DNA of 64,000 bases, taken from a virus. Made by a program: the position numbers and the translations under genes. The DNA is taken from the IMG/VR virus record IMGVR_UViG_3300048592_000564, positions 8,345-72,344 of that record, one strand, 5' to 3'. Shown here one piece after another: positions 1-8,916 of this stretch. The notes under the pieces are model-generated. The model was not told the origin of the DNA, ran no database searches, and saw only the letters and a program-made list of their open reading frames with translations. The stretch's first letter is position 1; each line of letters starts with the position of its first letter.

Positions 1-2
1 TG

Positions 3-914
3 ACCGACGTGGAGGTCCAGACCGTGACCATCAACGGGACGCCCACAGGGGGCCGCTACACGCTGACGTTCCACGACCGCTGGGGCGAACTTCACACCAC
101 CACGGCCCTGCCCTACAACGCCTCCGGGTCGGAGGTCCAGAGTGCGCTCCGTAAGCTCCCCGGCCTCTCGGCCATTACCGTGACCTCGACCGGCACGGGC
201 GCGAACCTGACCCATACCGTCACGTTCCTGAACGTCCCGAACCCGAGCCAGCTGACCAGTACCTCGGCGCTCACAGGCGGCAGCCCGACGATCACGCACG
301 CGACCGCCCAGGCCGGAAGCACTTACGTGGCGCGTGGCGCCCGATGCCTGGAGATCGACGGGGACGGCTCGAACCTGACCACGCTCCAGATTCCTGTGAC
401 CCTCACGGCCCAGACGTGCTATTGTGTCAACCTCTGGGCCGCGGTGGACGTTGTGCCGGCCGCGGGCGTGCTGGTGGTCGACCTCGTGGACGGAATCGGC
501 GGAACCGTGGTGGCCGACGACGAGGGGACGAACAATACTTTCTCGATCGACCTCACGGGACTGACGGCCACCCACTCGGCCCACAACGGATGTTTCCATA
601 CTCCGCTCGTGATGCCGAGCCAGGTGTACTTGAGAATCCGCCTCACGACCGCGCTGTCGAGCGGCTCGAGTGCGTTCCTGGACGAACTGTGCCTCGTGGC
701 CATGCAGGAACTCTACGCCGGGGGCCTGTTCGCCGCAGCGTTCAGTGGCCCGAATGACTTTCAGAAAGAGGACTACGCGGAAATCGTGGTGACGAATGAC
801 CGAGAGGGCAGCCTGCAAGAATGGCTACACCGGTTTTTTAACCTCGGGGGCAAGCGGTTCCTGTTCCCGGTTGAAACCGCCCCCGCGACACAACCCGACA
901 GCCTGATCGCATAG
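3..914 (+). CDS. Virion structural/tail-associated protein, probably 5'-truncated by the window edge
   Basis: Frame is open from base 3. EVQTVTI-GTPTGG-YTLTF...YNASGSEVQSAL is a motif seen in phage structural proteins. Thr/Gly-rich. Confidence 0.6.
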   Translation, partial: TDVEVQTVTINGTPTGGRYTLTFHDRWGELHTTTALPYNASGSEVQSALRKLPGLSAITVTSTGTGANLTHTVTFLNVPNPSQLTSTSALTGGSPTITHATAQAGSTYVARGARCLEIDGDGSNLTTLQIPVTLTAQTCYCVNLWAAVDVVPAAGVLVVDLVDGIGGTVVADDEGTNNTFSIDLTGLTATHSAHNGCFHTPLVMPSQVYLRIRLTTALSSGSSAFLDELCLVAMQELYAGGLFAAAFSGPNDFQKEDYAEIVVTNDREGSLQEWLHRFFNLGGKRFLFPVETAPATQPDSLIA

Positions 915-921
915 GATCAAC

Positions 922-2619
922 ATGGCCGACGCGGTATTCAGCTATAACGAGATCCCGCTCCTGTTCGACCAGGACCGCCAGGCCCAGCGCTTCCTCGATC
1001 GGTTCCTTCCCTTCCAGGACCTCGTGGTCCCGCCCGACAACCCCGCGCACCACGACTGGCAGGGCAACACCTACGGGCAGGGCCGCGCGGGCTTGCCCCG
1101 GCCCAACTACCCGCCGCCACCACAGCCGCGGATCAATACCCTCTACTGGCCGACCGGCGCGGTCCGGTGGGCCAGGGGATGGTTTCTGTGTGACCAAGCG
1201 GGCGTGGACGCGTTGACCGACTTCAACGACCCGGATTCCTGCTGGGTGGACGGTTACGCGGTCCCGAAGACGCTCAAGGTCTCGACTCCGAGCACCAAGG
1301 ACCCGGATCCACCCGATCCCTACGTGCTCGAATGCGAGATGTACCTGCTCAGGCCGCTACGGGTCACCGCGACCGACGACGAGGCGTTCGGGGACCTCTG
1401 GTTGCTCCCGTTGGTTGATGCCCGCTACTGGTGGCAGTTCCAGCGATGCGGGGACCTGACCGCAAGCCTGGCCGATTGGGCCACGCTTGTCACGGCCCTC
1501 GGGACCCGGATCGGCAAGACCATTACCTGCTATGCGGTCAACTCCGCCTACATGGTCCCCGACCGGATCGAACTCGCGCGTAGCGAGGACAATGTCGCGG
1601 TCGTGCTGGACGCGGTCGCGCACTCGATCGGGCGCCGGGTCGTGGTCGGCTACGACGGGGCGGTCAAGATCGTGAACTACGTGCCAGAACAAACCCAGCT
1701 AACCACCAACCGCACGACCGTTCGCGATGCCGATCACCGCTACATGGCGATCCAGGGCGGAACCCCCGACGACGAAACCCCGCCGCCCGCCTACCCGTGG
1801 CCCGACGAGGTCCGGATTGCATTCCAGAAAATCGAGGACCCGGCGGACAGTGGATCGGCAAAGTTCTGGACCTCCGCGATCCCGGCCGACACGATCGCGA
1901 CCGCGATCGCGGCCGAGGACCTCGTGACCGTTGAGGACTCAACTAAGACCGTGCATTGCTGCGCTTGGGCGATGTTTCAGTGCGGCGGCGCGACCGAATA
2001 CCCGGCCAACAAAACCAACCTTGACAACCTGGTTGAGCAATACGCAACCGACTACTACGGTTGGCTGTTGTACCAGTACGATCACAGCTGGCCCGGCGTC
2101 CAGGAATGGGAACCGACCGGCTACGACGACCACGTTTTGTTTGAACTCGGGACGGAATACGTGGACTCCATCGAGGCGATCGCGAATTACCTCGACACCG
2201 CGATCCCGGACGTGATGGTGCGGGAGAACCTGCAGCGCCGCTACCAGACCCGCGTGCAATCGATGCCACTGAACTTTGGCGTCACATCGCTGCTTTGCCA
2301 GTACGACAGCGCCATTCCGGGCGTGGCCGACGGCCTCATGGTCAAGACGCCCGTCGCAGGCATCAGCGCTCGCGCGTGCGATGAAATCTCTTCGGCGTGC
2401 TGCTTGGTCTACACCGAGGAACCCAACGGCGACGGGACCGCGACCATGATGCCCGTATACTGCGACGACGATTCCACGCACTGGCAAATCCGGGTTTACA
2501 ATATCGCGAACGCGGCCGTGGAAGGCAACGCCAGGGTGTTGACTGACCTTCTCAAGAGCGGGCTTCGCGTCGTCACGGTCGAGAGCTGCGAGGCCGACGA
2601 CTGCAGCAGTAGTAGTTGA
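922..2619 (+). CDS. Putative tail/baseplate hub-like virion protein
   Basis: 565 aa acidic ORF, AGGA RBS, co-oriented within the structural block. Function inferred from context only. Confidence 0.45.
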   Translation: MADAVFSYNEIPLLFDQDRQAQRFLDRFLPFQDLVVPPDNPAHHDWQGNTYGQGRAGLPRPNYPPPPQPRINTLYWPTGAVRWARGWFLCDQAGVDALTDFNDPDSCWVDGYAVPKTLKVSTPSTKDPDPPDPYVLECEMYLLRPLRVTATDDEAFGDLWLLPLVDARYWWQFQRCGDLTASLADWATLVTALGTRIGKTITCYAVNSAYMVPDRIELARSEDNVAVVLDAVAHSIGRRVVVGYDGAVKIVNYVPEQTQLTTNRTTVRDADHRYMAIQGGTPDDETPPPAYPWPDEVRIAFQKIEDPADSGSAKFWTSAIPADTIATAIAAEDLVTVEDSTKTVHCCAWAMFQCGGATEYPANKTNLDNLVEQYATDYYGWLLYQYDHSWPGVQEWEPTGYDDHVLFELGTEYVDSIEAIANYLDTAIPDVMVRENLQRRYQTRVQSMPLNFGVTSLLCQYDSAIPGVADGLMVKTPVAGISARACDEISSACCLVYTEEPNGDGTATMMPVYCDDDSTHWQIRVYNIANAAVEGNARVLTDLLKSGLRVVTVESCEADDCSSSS

Positions 2620-2627
2620 GGTACGAG

Positions 2628-4262
2628 ATGCCATTCAAAAAGGGCAATCCGGGCTGCCCATGCTGCTCGTGTCTTTTGTTTCAGGAGCACTTCACCAGTG
2701 CGACCTGGACATCCAGCTACGAGACCGCCGACACATGGACCCAGGCGGGCACCACACTGTCGGTCACGTCCGCCGACGCCTCCTTGCTTTCAAAAGCGTC
2801 TCACGCCAACGGAATGTGGGTCTTCAAGCTATCGAGCGACATGCCCGCCTTTGACGAAACCGACCCCGCGACCTACGACTACGGAACGGTCGACATGCGG
2901 GTCAAGGTCAAGGACGCCGACAACTTCATTTTCCTGCGCGTCACCTACTCGCGCATCTATGAGTGGACGACCCCGCACCCGAACGTCATGGCCACACACT
3001 GGCGTGTTGAATGGACCTTGCAACTCTTTGAGCGCATCGCTGGTACCGATACCGCGATTTCGGATGCCATCGAGTATTCCATCAACCCAACCGAAGGAAC
3101 GGAATCACAGCAAATCGCCTCTCTGCCGTACTCTCAATGGTTTTTCATTTGTGTCAGTCCATTCGAGGCCGACGGGTACTACACTGACACGACCGACACC
3201 GACAAGCTCGAAGTCCGGGCCGGGACCCTAACGTTTAGCACTACGCCAGAGGCCGACGAAATCCCGCAGCCAAAGTACACACAAGATGTGCTCTATGGAC
3301 TCTATGGCGAAACCAGTTCTTCGTCAGTGTTTGGAAACAAGCACGGACTGCGCGTTGACGCCAGCGGGATCGAGACCGGCGTTGACGTAATCCGCGTGTA
3401 CGAGTACGACAACGACTGTCGCTGGTGCGAATGCACCGCGTGCGAAAAAGGCACCAGTCCAAACGTGCTGGACGTGACGTTCTCCGGCATGGCGACGCGG
3501 GTTGTTGGCAGCGGAAACTGCACGGAGTTCAACGCCTACACGGTGCGACTGACCCGAGACGATAACCCCATTCATCCCAGCGACGACTTTACAGAAACCG
3601 TCGGGGGCGGAATCCCGTGTGCGATGCGGGGCTACCCCTGGGCCGCGTACCCGTGGGATGAGTCAGGGCACCAGGACGGCGTGTGTTGCTACCACGGGAT
3701 CATCTACCCCGCGATCGTCAACGGAACCTACACGCGGGTCTCGCTTTGTCTTTACCGAGACGGGGACGACAACGTGACGGCCCAGCTGGTCGTCTATGGC
3801 TACTGGGGATTTACGTTGATCAACGGCATTGAGTGCTACCCGGTATGGAGCCGGGCGACGGTCTCACTGGGCGTCGCGCCAATCGATTGTTGGAACGTCC
3901 TCGACTACCTGATAATGCAGCCGTTTGAATGCACCAACACGCCCACGGCGATCCAGCAGGCGGACTGCACTTGCCCGTTCGCCGACATCGTGGAACAAAA
4001 CGAGGTATCGTCGAACACCACGACCTCATTCGTGTGCTGGCGATTTTCATCCAACGTACCAAATAACGACTGGACCACGCTCGCCAGCGGTGGACTGCTG
4101 GTCGTAGGCAGCGACACCTTTACCGTCCAGGCAATTGTCCAAACGGCACCCGACTGGGTGCGGGTTGATGTCGCGGAAGCGATCGTGGGCGACCGAACCG
4201 GCGAGGACATGACCTACACAATCACGAGCGCGGTACAGGCCCAGGTGGTGGTGGTGGAATGA
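2628..4262 (+). CDS. Cys/Thr-rich putative tail or receptor-binding virion protein
   Basis: GAGG RBS then ATG 2628. N-terminus MPFKKGNPGCPCC. Beta-rich Thr/Ser composition. Confidence 0.45.
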   Translation: MPFKKGNPGCPCCSCLLFQEHFTSATWTSSYETADTWTQAGTTLSVTSADASLLSKASHANGMWVFKLSSDMPAFDETDPATYDYGTVDMRVKVKDADNFIFLRVTYSRIYEWTTPHPNVMATHWRVEWTLQLFERIAGTDTAISDAIEYSINPTEGTESQQIASLPYSQWFFICVSPFEADGYYTDTTDTDKLEVRAGTLTFSTTPEADEIPQPKYTQDVLYGLYGETSSSSVFGNKHGLRVDASGIETGVDVIRVYEYDNDCRWCECTACEKGTSPNVLDVTFSGMATRVVGSGNCTEFNAYTVRLTRDDNPIHPSDDFTETVGGGIPCAMRGYPWAAYPWDESGHQDGVCCYHGIIYPAIVNGTYTRVSLCLYRDGDDNVTAQLVVYGYWGFTLINGIECYPVWSRATVSLGVAPIDCWNVLDYLIMQPFECTNTPTAIQQADCTCPFADIVEQNEVSSNTTTSFVCWRFSSNVPNNDWTTLASGGLLVVGSDTFTVQAIVQTAPDWVRVDVAEAIVGDRTGEDMTYTITSAVQAQVVVVE

Positions 4263-5611
4263 CGACCTGTAAGTTTGAAGAAACGCAAATCGACGACCGG
4301 TGGCAGTATCGCTGTGTCAACGAGGGATGCTCGATTGTTTTGCGGTACGCGGTGCGAAAAACTGGGCTGAAAATTAAGTGCATCGGCACCGCTAGTTCGC
4401 CCCATTGGTTGACATGCCGGCACCGCAGCCGACAGGCAATTGTTACGGTCAGTGGGCGAGTGGCAGGCTGCGGCTGCCCTGGCTCAAGCGTCGAGGTTTA
4501 CCGCTGCCACCACCCAGACATCAATGAACCCGTCATCAAGTATGGCCACCCGCCGTGTATCGACACGCTCAGGAAGCAGGTACCGGGGGCAACCGGCCGG
4601 ACGTGCCACAAATGCTTGATCCCTGCAGGTCTCGCGAATCCGCAAGCCGACATCCTGCACGTCACGCCAAAGCCAGATTGGCAACACGTCACGACCCGCG
4701 GACTGTTCGCGCTTCGACAAGCGGGCTTGACAGCGACCTGTGAGGAAATCGTCAAGCCAACACCTGGGCAGCTCGACCAACACATAGCCGCTCGCCGGCC
4801 GCGTATCGTGTTCGTCCATGCGTTTTCGGTTGCGGCTTCTGAGGTTATTCGACTGACTGAAAAGTGGTCCCGCGTTCGGTTTGTGGTGGTCAGTCATTCA
4901 ATGGAAAACCACGTTTTGACGTGGCCGCAATACTTTGGTGAAATGCGGCTGATTCTCGATGCGTCGAGGCGGCTTGGCAATCTGCAGTTCGCCGGCTCAG
5001 AAGATTGCGGCCATTGGCTCGAGCTCGGCTACGACGTGCTTCGGTGGCACTGGCCGTGCGCACTTGCTGACGACTACTCAGACCCGCCGACAATCGACCC
5101 GCCGACGGTGCTGATCGCTTCGCGGGCCGATATCGTGAAGGCCCTGCCGGCTCAGATTCTCGCCGCTGCGATCCTCCAGAGGCGACTTGGTGTGCGAGTG
5201 CTGTATTGCGTGAACGGGGAGGTCGGAACCAGAAGCAAAGGCCTGGATGACTTGACGGCGACTGCAGGGCTTGAATGCGAGCGACTCGGGTGGGTTGGCT
5301 ACGACAACTTCCTTGATCGCCTACACAAAGAAGTGTCTATTGTCCTGCAGCCATCAATGAGCGAAACATTCAATTACATCAGCTGGGAAGCTGGCTCTGT
5401 TGGCAGGCCGTGGGTGGGCTCGCAAGCAATCAAGCACACCCCACCTGCATGGCAAGTCGACCCCAACGACGCCACGCAGATCGCACGTGTGGCGGAAACG
5501 ATTTTGGAAAACTACCAAAACTCCAGTCAGAAGGCAAGGCAAATTGCCGTGGAGGTAGCGTCACGAAATAATGCCGCCTATGCCGAGGCGGTCGGTCGAT
5601 GGATTGGGTAG
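4259..5611 (+). CDS. GT-B (GT4-like) glycosyltransferase with an N-terminal Cys-rich domain
   Basis: C-terminal LQPSMSETFNYISWEAGSVGRPWV matches the GT4 E-x7-E motif. ATGA overlap with the upstream structural gene. Confidence 0.7.
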   Translation: MTTCKFEETQIDDRWQYRCVNEGCSIVLRYAVRKTGLKIKCIGTASSPHWLTCRHRSRQAIVTVSGRVAGCGCPGSSVEVYRCHHPDINEPVIKYGHPPCIDTLRKQVPGATGRTCHKCLIPAGLANPQADILHVTPKPDWQHVTTRGLFALRQAGLTATCEEIVKPTPGQLDQHIAARRPRIVFVHAFSVAASEVIRLTEKWSRVRFVVVSHSMENHVLTWPQYFGEMRLILDASRRLGNLQFAGSEDCGHWLELGYDVLRWHWPCALADDYSDPPTIDPPTVLIASRADIVKALPAQILAAAILQRRLGVRVLYCVNGEVGTRSKGLDDLTATAGLECERLGWVGYDNFLDRLHKEVSIVLQPSMSETFNYISWEAGSVGRPWVGSQAIKHTPPAWQVDPNDATQIARVAETILENYQNSSQKARQIAVEVASRNNAAYAEAVGRWIG

Positions 5612-5824
5612 CTACAGTCGTTGCATTTGTGATTCAATTACCGGCTTTAGGTTTCGACGTTCGTCGGCGGTCAATTGATCGGACCCGCACAGCGACACAA
5701 GAGACTCCAACGACTCCCGTCGCACATCCGCGCCGTTACGGTATGCCTCCGCGCGGCGAACCGCCCACGCGCCAATGACCAGCAAAACCCCAAGCACCCC
5801 AAAAGAAATCAAGGCGTCCATCAC
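5612..5824 (-). CDS. Small membrane protein
   Basis: N-terminal hydrophobic helix. GGAGGAG RBS. Coupled to the pilin-like gene. Confidence 0.6.
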   Translation of the reverse strand: MMDALISFGVLGVLLVIGAWAVRRAEAYRNGADVRRESLESLVSLCGSDQLTADERRNLKPVIESQMQRL

Positions 5825-6822
5825 TACTCCTCCATCTTGATTGTTTTTTCATACACGGCCACCACACGATCGATCACGGCGATTTGTGTTTCCGAAGGAC
5901 CAAGCGGCCACGCGGGTCCCTGGGTCGAGATAAACCGAGTGTCGACCGCCGACACGTCCCCGTAGATGTCCGGTGTCCCGGCAGGCAGAACGTCACCAAT
6001 TGAGACCACGAGGTGCCACCGAAACCAGTACATCCCCGACGACGCGCCGGTCACCAGGACCCAGGATCGCTCCCGAACATCCAGGTCACCCGAGGTCCGG
6101 CCGGCACGAACCGCCAACTTCCAGGTCCGGCCACGATTCGACCGATCGGCCGGTAGCGGCAGGGCCGGGTTCTCTTCATCGATTCGCTCAACGGCCAGCA
6201 GCCGCTCCGCCCCCGGGTCCGCGACGTCCCGGCGATGACACACCACGACGTGCATGATCGCGTTTTCGCCCCGATAGTTCGCCCCCTGGAAGGTCGCAAA
6301 CCAGGAGAACGCCCCCTCGCTGGCCCGCGACTCGAAGCCGGCCGGCACCTGCTGGGGCGCCAACGTGCGGTCGCCGGGGAGCGAAAACACGAGGTCGTCG
6401 TTTGCCCGGAAGATTGAGTCGGCCAGCATTTGACCTGCAGGCACCATCGCGCCACCAGGAAACGACCGGACGCTCACGCGGTGCATCCTCGCCCCCGGAA
6501 TCGTCGCGGGATCGAAGGCCGGGAACCAGTTGTGCGGCGAGGCCGTGCCGTTGGATGCCACGTAGAGTGGATCCAAGCAGTACGCATGCCCGCCGATCGG
6601 CACCGTGGACCATGTCCCGCGAGGCCCAGCGGCCCGGTTGAAGCCGCGCACCGCTACCTCCCGGATTGCGTTACGCCCCAGGCGGTCCGCCCCATCCAGC
6701 GCGGCCCCGTTCGCGGCCTGCCGGCCCGCCACCACCAGGGTCGCGAGCACACCAAGGATCCCAACGGCCGCAATCGCGATCCCAAACAGCACCTCCACCA
6801 GAGTTACACCAGAGCGTTTCAT
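5824..6822 (-). CDS. Type IV prepilin-like (PilV-like) protein
   Basis: MKRSG|VTLVEVLFGIAIAAVGILG is a prepilin peptidase cleavage/N-methylation motif with Glu+5 and a hydrophobic helix. GGGAGG RBS. Confidence 0.8.
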   Translation of the reverse strand: MKRSGVTLVEVLFGIAIAAVGILGVLATLVVAGRQAANGAALDGADRLGRNAIREVAVRGFNRAAGPRGTWSTVPIGGHAYCLDPLYVASNGTASPHNWFPAFDPATIPGARMHRVSVRSFPGGAMVPAGQMLADSIFRANDDLVFSLPGDRTLAPQQVPAGFESRASEGAFSWFATFQGANYRGENAIMHVVVCHRRDVADPGAERLLAVERIDEENPALPLPADRSNRGRTWKLAVRAGRTSGDLDVRERSWVLVTGASSGMYWFRWHLVVSIGDVLPAGTPDIYGDVSAVDTRFISTQGPAWPLGPSETQIAVIDRVVAVYEKTIKMEE

Positions 6823-6930
6823 CGTCCACCTCCCTTTCTACCGCTATTGTGGCCCTGTCCCGCCAGTCAAGCAACACCGGATCAGGATTTTCCCGCTAGA
6901 ATCCTGCCGAGCAGCGGGTAAACTCCCGCG

Positions 6931-7371
6931 ATGGACGTGAATTGCCCCCACCGCTCCCCGAATCCCCTCGGCCTCGTGTACTGTGGCTGCGGGGGCACGA
7001 GAACCGCCTACCGGTGCGACCATCCCGCGATCGCCGGCCCCGTGACGCGCCATGCCGCGCACCCGAGGAAGCGGGAGATCCGGGCCCCGGACGGCACCGT
7101 GGTGGCACGGCTCCAGCGGTTCAAGATTCCCGCCTGCGCGGCTTGCCCGCACCGCCCCGCCGAGGAACCCGGCCCGGACCCTAGCGAGCCCGCAGCAGCC
7201 CAGGACTGCCTGCGGGCCACGATCTGCGGGGGATGCCCGACCCTGGACCGCCAGGGCCAACCGTTTGAATGCCCGGGCCCCGAGGGTGCGTCGTGTCCGC
7301 TCGACCTCTGGCCCGTGATCACAAGAAGCCGACGCGGCGCCAAGCGGCGGGGATGTGGCGGCTGTAAATAG
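6931..7371 (+). CDS. Stand-alone Cys-rich protein, paralogous to the N-terminal domain of 4259-5611
   Basis: CPHRS..CGCGG..YRCDHPAIAGPV aligns with CRHRS..CGCPG..YRCHHPDINEPV. Confidence 0.6.
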   Translation: MDVNCPHRSPNPLGLVYCGCGGTRTAYRCDHPAIAGPVTRHAAHPRKREIRAPDGTVVARLQRFKIPACAACPHRPAEEPGPDPSEPAAAQDCLRATICGGCPTLDRQGQPFECPGPEGASCPLDLWPVITRSRRGAKRRGCGGCK

Positions 7372-7441
7372 AAAACCCCCGCCCGCTGGAACGCCCAGCG
7401 GGTCGGGGGAGAAGAAGTCCCCGGCCTGAATCAACCGGGGA
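7372..7441. terminator. Hairpins between convergent transcription units; probable terminator
   Basis: cccccgcccgctgg/ccagcgggtcggggg stem with a T-run on the minus strand, plus a second ccccgg/ccgggg hairpin. Confidence 0.6.
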
Positions 7442-7442
7442 G

Positions 7443-7522
7443 TGAAACCGTCAGGGCTCGAACCTGAATATGCCAGCCGCGTTAGCGTGTCTGGTGCGTT
7501 TGTCCACTTTCGCCACGGTCCC
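7443..7522 (-). ncRNA. tRNA-like RNA 1 (aberrant, extended anticodon arm)
   Basis: GGGACCG/CGGTTTC acceptor stem, GCG/CGC D-arm with TGG, TCAGG-TTCGAGC-CCTGA T-arm. The anticodon arm is 22 nt and non-canonical. No encoded CCA. Confidence 0.7.
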
Positions 7523-7528
7523 ATTAAT

Positions 7529-7750
7529 TCATGCTGCCTCTTGGCTTTTTGCGTCGAATTCAATCTGTTCGCGCCCGTTGCGATCAACGAAATATGCGCC
7601 CGACCACGGCAGCACTCGCGGAGGATTCTGTGGGCCAGCGGTGGTGGGCTTAACGCACACATGACCGCACTGAATGCCTTTTGCGGTTGGTTTTGCGTTA
7701 ACCTTGCCGCATCTGGGGCACATTTCGTCGCATCGCTTCTTAATGGCCAC
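7529..7750 (-). CDS. Small Cys-containing hypothetical protein between the two tRNA-like genes
   Basis: 73 aa, CPRCG motif, GAGG RBS. Confidence 0.45.
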   Translation of the reverse strand: MAIKKRCDEMCPRCGKVNAKPTAKGIQCGHVCVKPTTAGPQNPPRVLPWSGAYFVDRNGREQIEFDAKSQEAA

Positions 7751-7791
7751 GATTGCCTCACTTGCATCGACTGTTCAGCGCCGTTTTTTAT

Positions 7792-7866
7792 CGGGACCGG
7801 CGGGATTCGAACCCGCGACCTCCCAGCGTCTATTGCCAGGTGGGCTGACCACTGCCCCACGGTCCC
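7792..7866 (-). tRNA. tRNA-like RNA 2 (atypical anticodon arm, central TAG)
   Basis: GGGACCG/CGGTCCC acceptor stem, GGGC-AGTGGTCA-GCCC D-arm, AGGTC variable loop, GCGGG-TTCGAAT-CCCGC T-arm. Anticodon arm CCTGGC-AATAGAC-GCTGGG lacks U33. Confidence 0.75.
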
Positions 7867-7941
7867 AGTGGAACAAGAGGAAGTTGAATCCTCGCGCCCG
7901 TGACAAAGCGTCACGGGCGCCCGCCCGGTTGTCCCGTCGCA

Positions 7942-8262
7942 CTAGCGACCGATCCGAAGTTCCTCGACACGACCAACGCACGCCTGCATCGGCGGCGGAC
8001 AGTCGGTGGCCGGGTAATTCGTCTGCCCGCAGCACTCGGGCTCCAGCGGCATCGGGCCGTTCATGGTGTGCTTGATGTTGAAGCACTTGCCCTTGAGCGA
8101 CTCCTGCTCGGTCTTGTCCGGGTCCATCAGGTACGCCTCCAGGTCGCGACAAAGCGCCCCGACCGCGGCCGCGCGGCAGTCGCCCCCGTAGACCAATCGC
8201 TGGCATCCCACATGGGCCACAAACCCGTTCGCGACAACCTCGATTTCCAATCTGCGATACAT
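7942..8262 (-). CDS. Hypothetical protein
   Basis: AAGGAGG RBS, 106 aa. Confidence 0.6.
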   Translation of the reverse strand: MYRRLEIEVVANGFVAHVGCQRLVYGGDCRAAAVGALCRDLEAYLMDPDKTEQESLKGKCFNIKHTMNGPMPLEPECCGQTNYPATDCPPPMQACVGRVEELRIGR

Positions 8263-8295
8263 CGTTGCCTCCTTGAAATGAACTACTGAAACCCC

Positions 8296-8916
8296 TCACG
8301 AAAGCATATCCAGCGACACCTTGGCGGCAACCTGAATTTCCAGGCCACGCCGCAGCATTTCATAGAAACACCGGGCGGTTGCGACCATGTCGGCGTCGGC
8401 CCTGTGGGCGCCCTGGAGCGACTCACCAAACAGGTGCCAGTAGAGTTCCTGCAGCTTGGGCCACTTGTACCCGTACCGGCCATGTATTTTGCACAAGTCC
8501 GTCCCGAGCTTCATGGTGCAAACTGACGGCCACCCCATCCACTGGCTCGCGACCGTCGGGAGCCCGACGCGGACCAACTCGGCCCCGATAATCGGCCGGT
8601 CGAAGTCCACGTTATGGCCCACCAGGAGCCCGCAGTCCGCCGCGTCGTCAAACAACTCCATCAAGACCTCGTCCAACGGCCGGCCTTCCGCCACGGCCTG
8701 CGCGGTCGTGATCCCGTGGATGTCCGATGCCTCCTGGGGGATCTCGAACCCATCGGGCCGCACGATCCGGCACTGGACGTCCCCGGGGTCGACCTCATCG
8801 TCGCCCACCAGCCACGCGACCTGGACCAATCGCGGCCAGTTCGCCCCATCGGTCACCGGGGCCGTGTAGCTGCGCGGCTTGCCGGTTGTCTCGCAGTCGA
8901 AAAAGCAGTATTTCAT
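8296..8916 (-). CDS. DEDDh 3'-5' exonuclease (DnaQ-like)
   Basis: FDCETTG (Exo I), GHNVDFD (Exo II), AHRADAD (Exo III). Confidence 0.9.
   Translation of the reverse strand: MKYCFFDCETTGKPRSYTAPVTDGANWPRLVQVAWLVGDDEVDPGDVQCRIVRPDGFEIPQEASDIHGITTAQAVAEGRPLDEVLMELFDDAADCGLLVGHNVDFDRPIIGAELVRVGLPTVASQWMGWPSVCTMKLGTDLCKIHGRYGYKWPKLQELYWHLFGESLQGAHRADADMVATARCFYEMLRRGLEIQVAAKVSLDMLS

Noticed and set aside
7792-7866. Prophage attachment site at a tRNA
   Set aside because: No integrase nearby, no duplicated tRNA 3' end, and phage genes continue on both sides.
6844-7914. 356-aa minus-strand ORF
   Set aside because: It runs through both tRNA-like genes, a terminator and an opposite-strand gene, so it is probably spurious.
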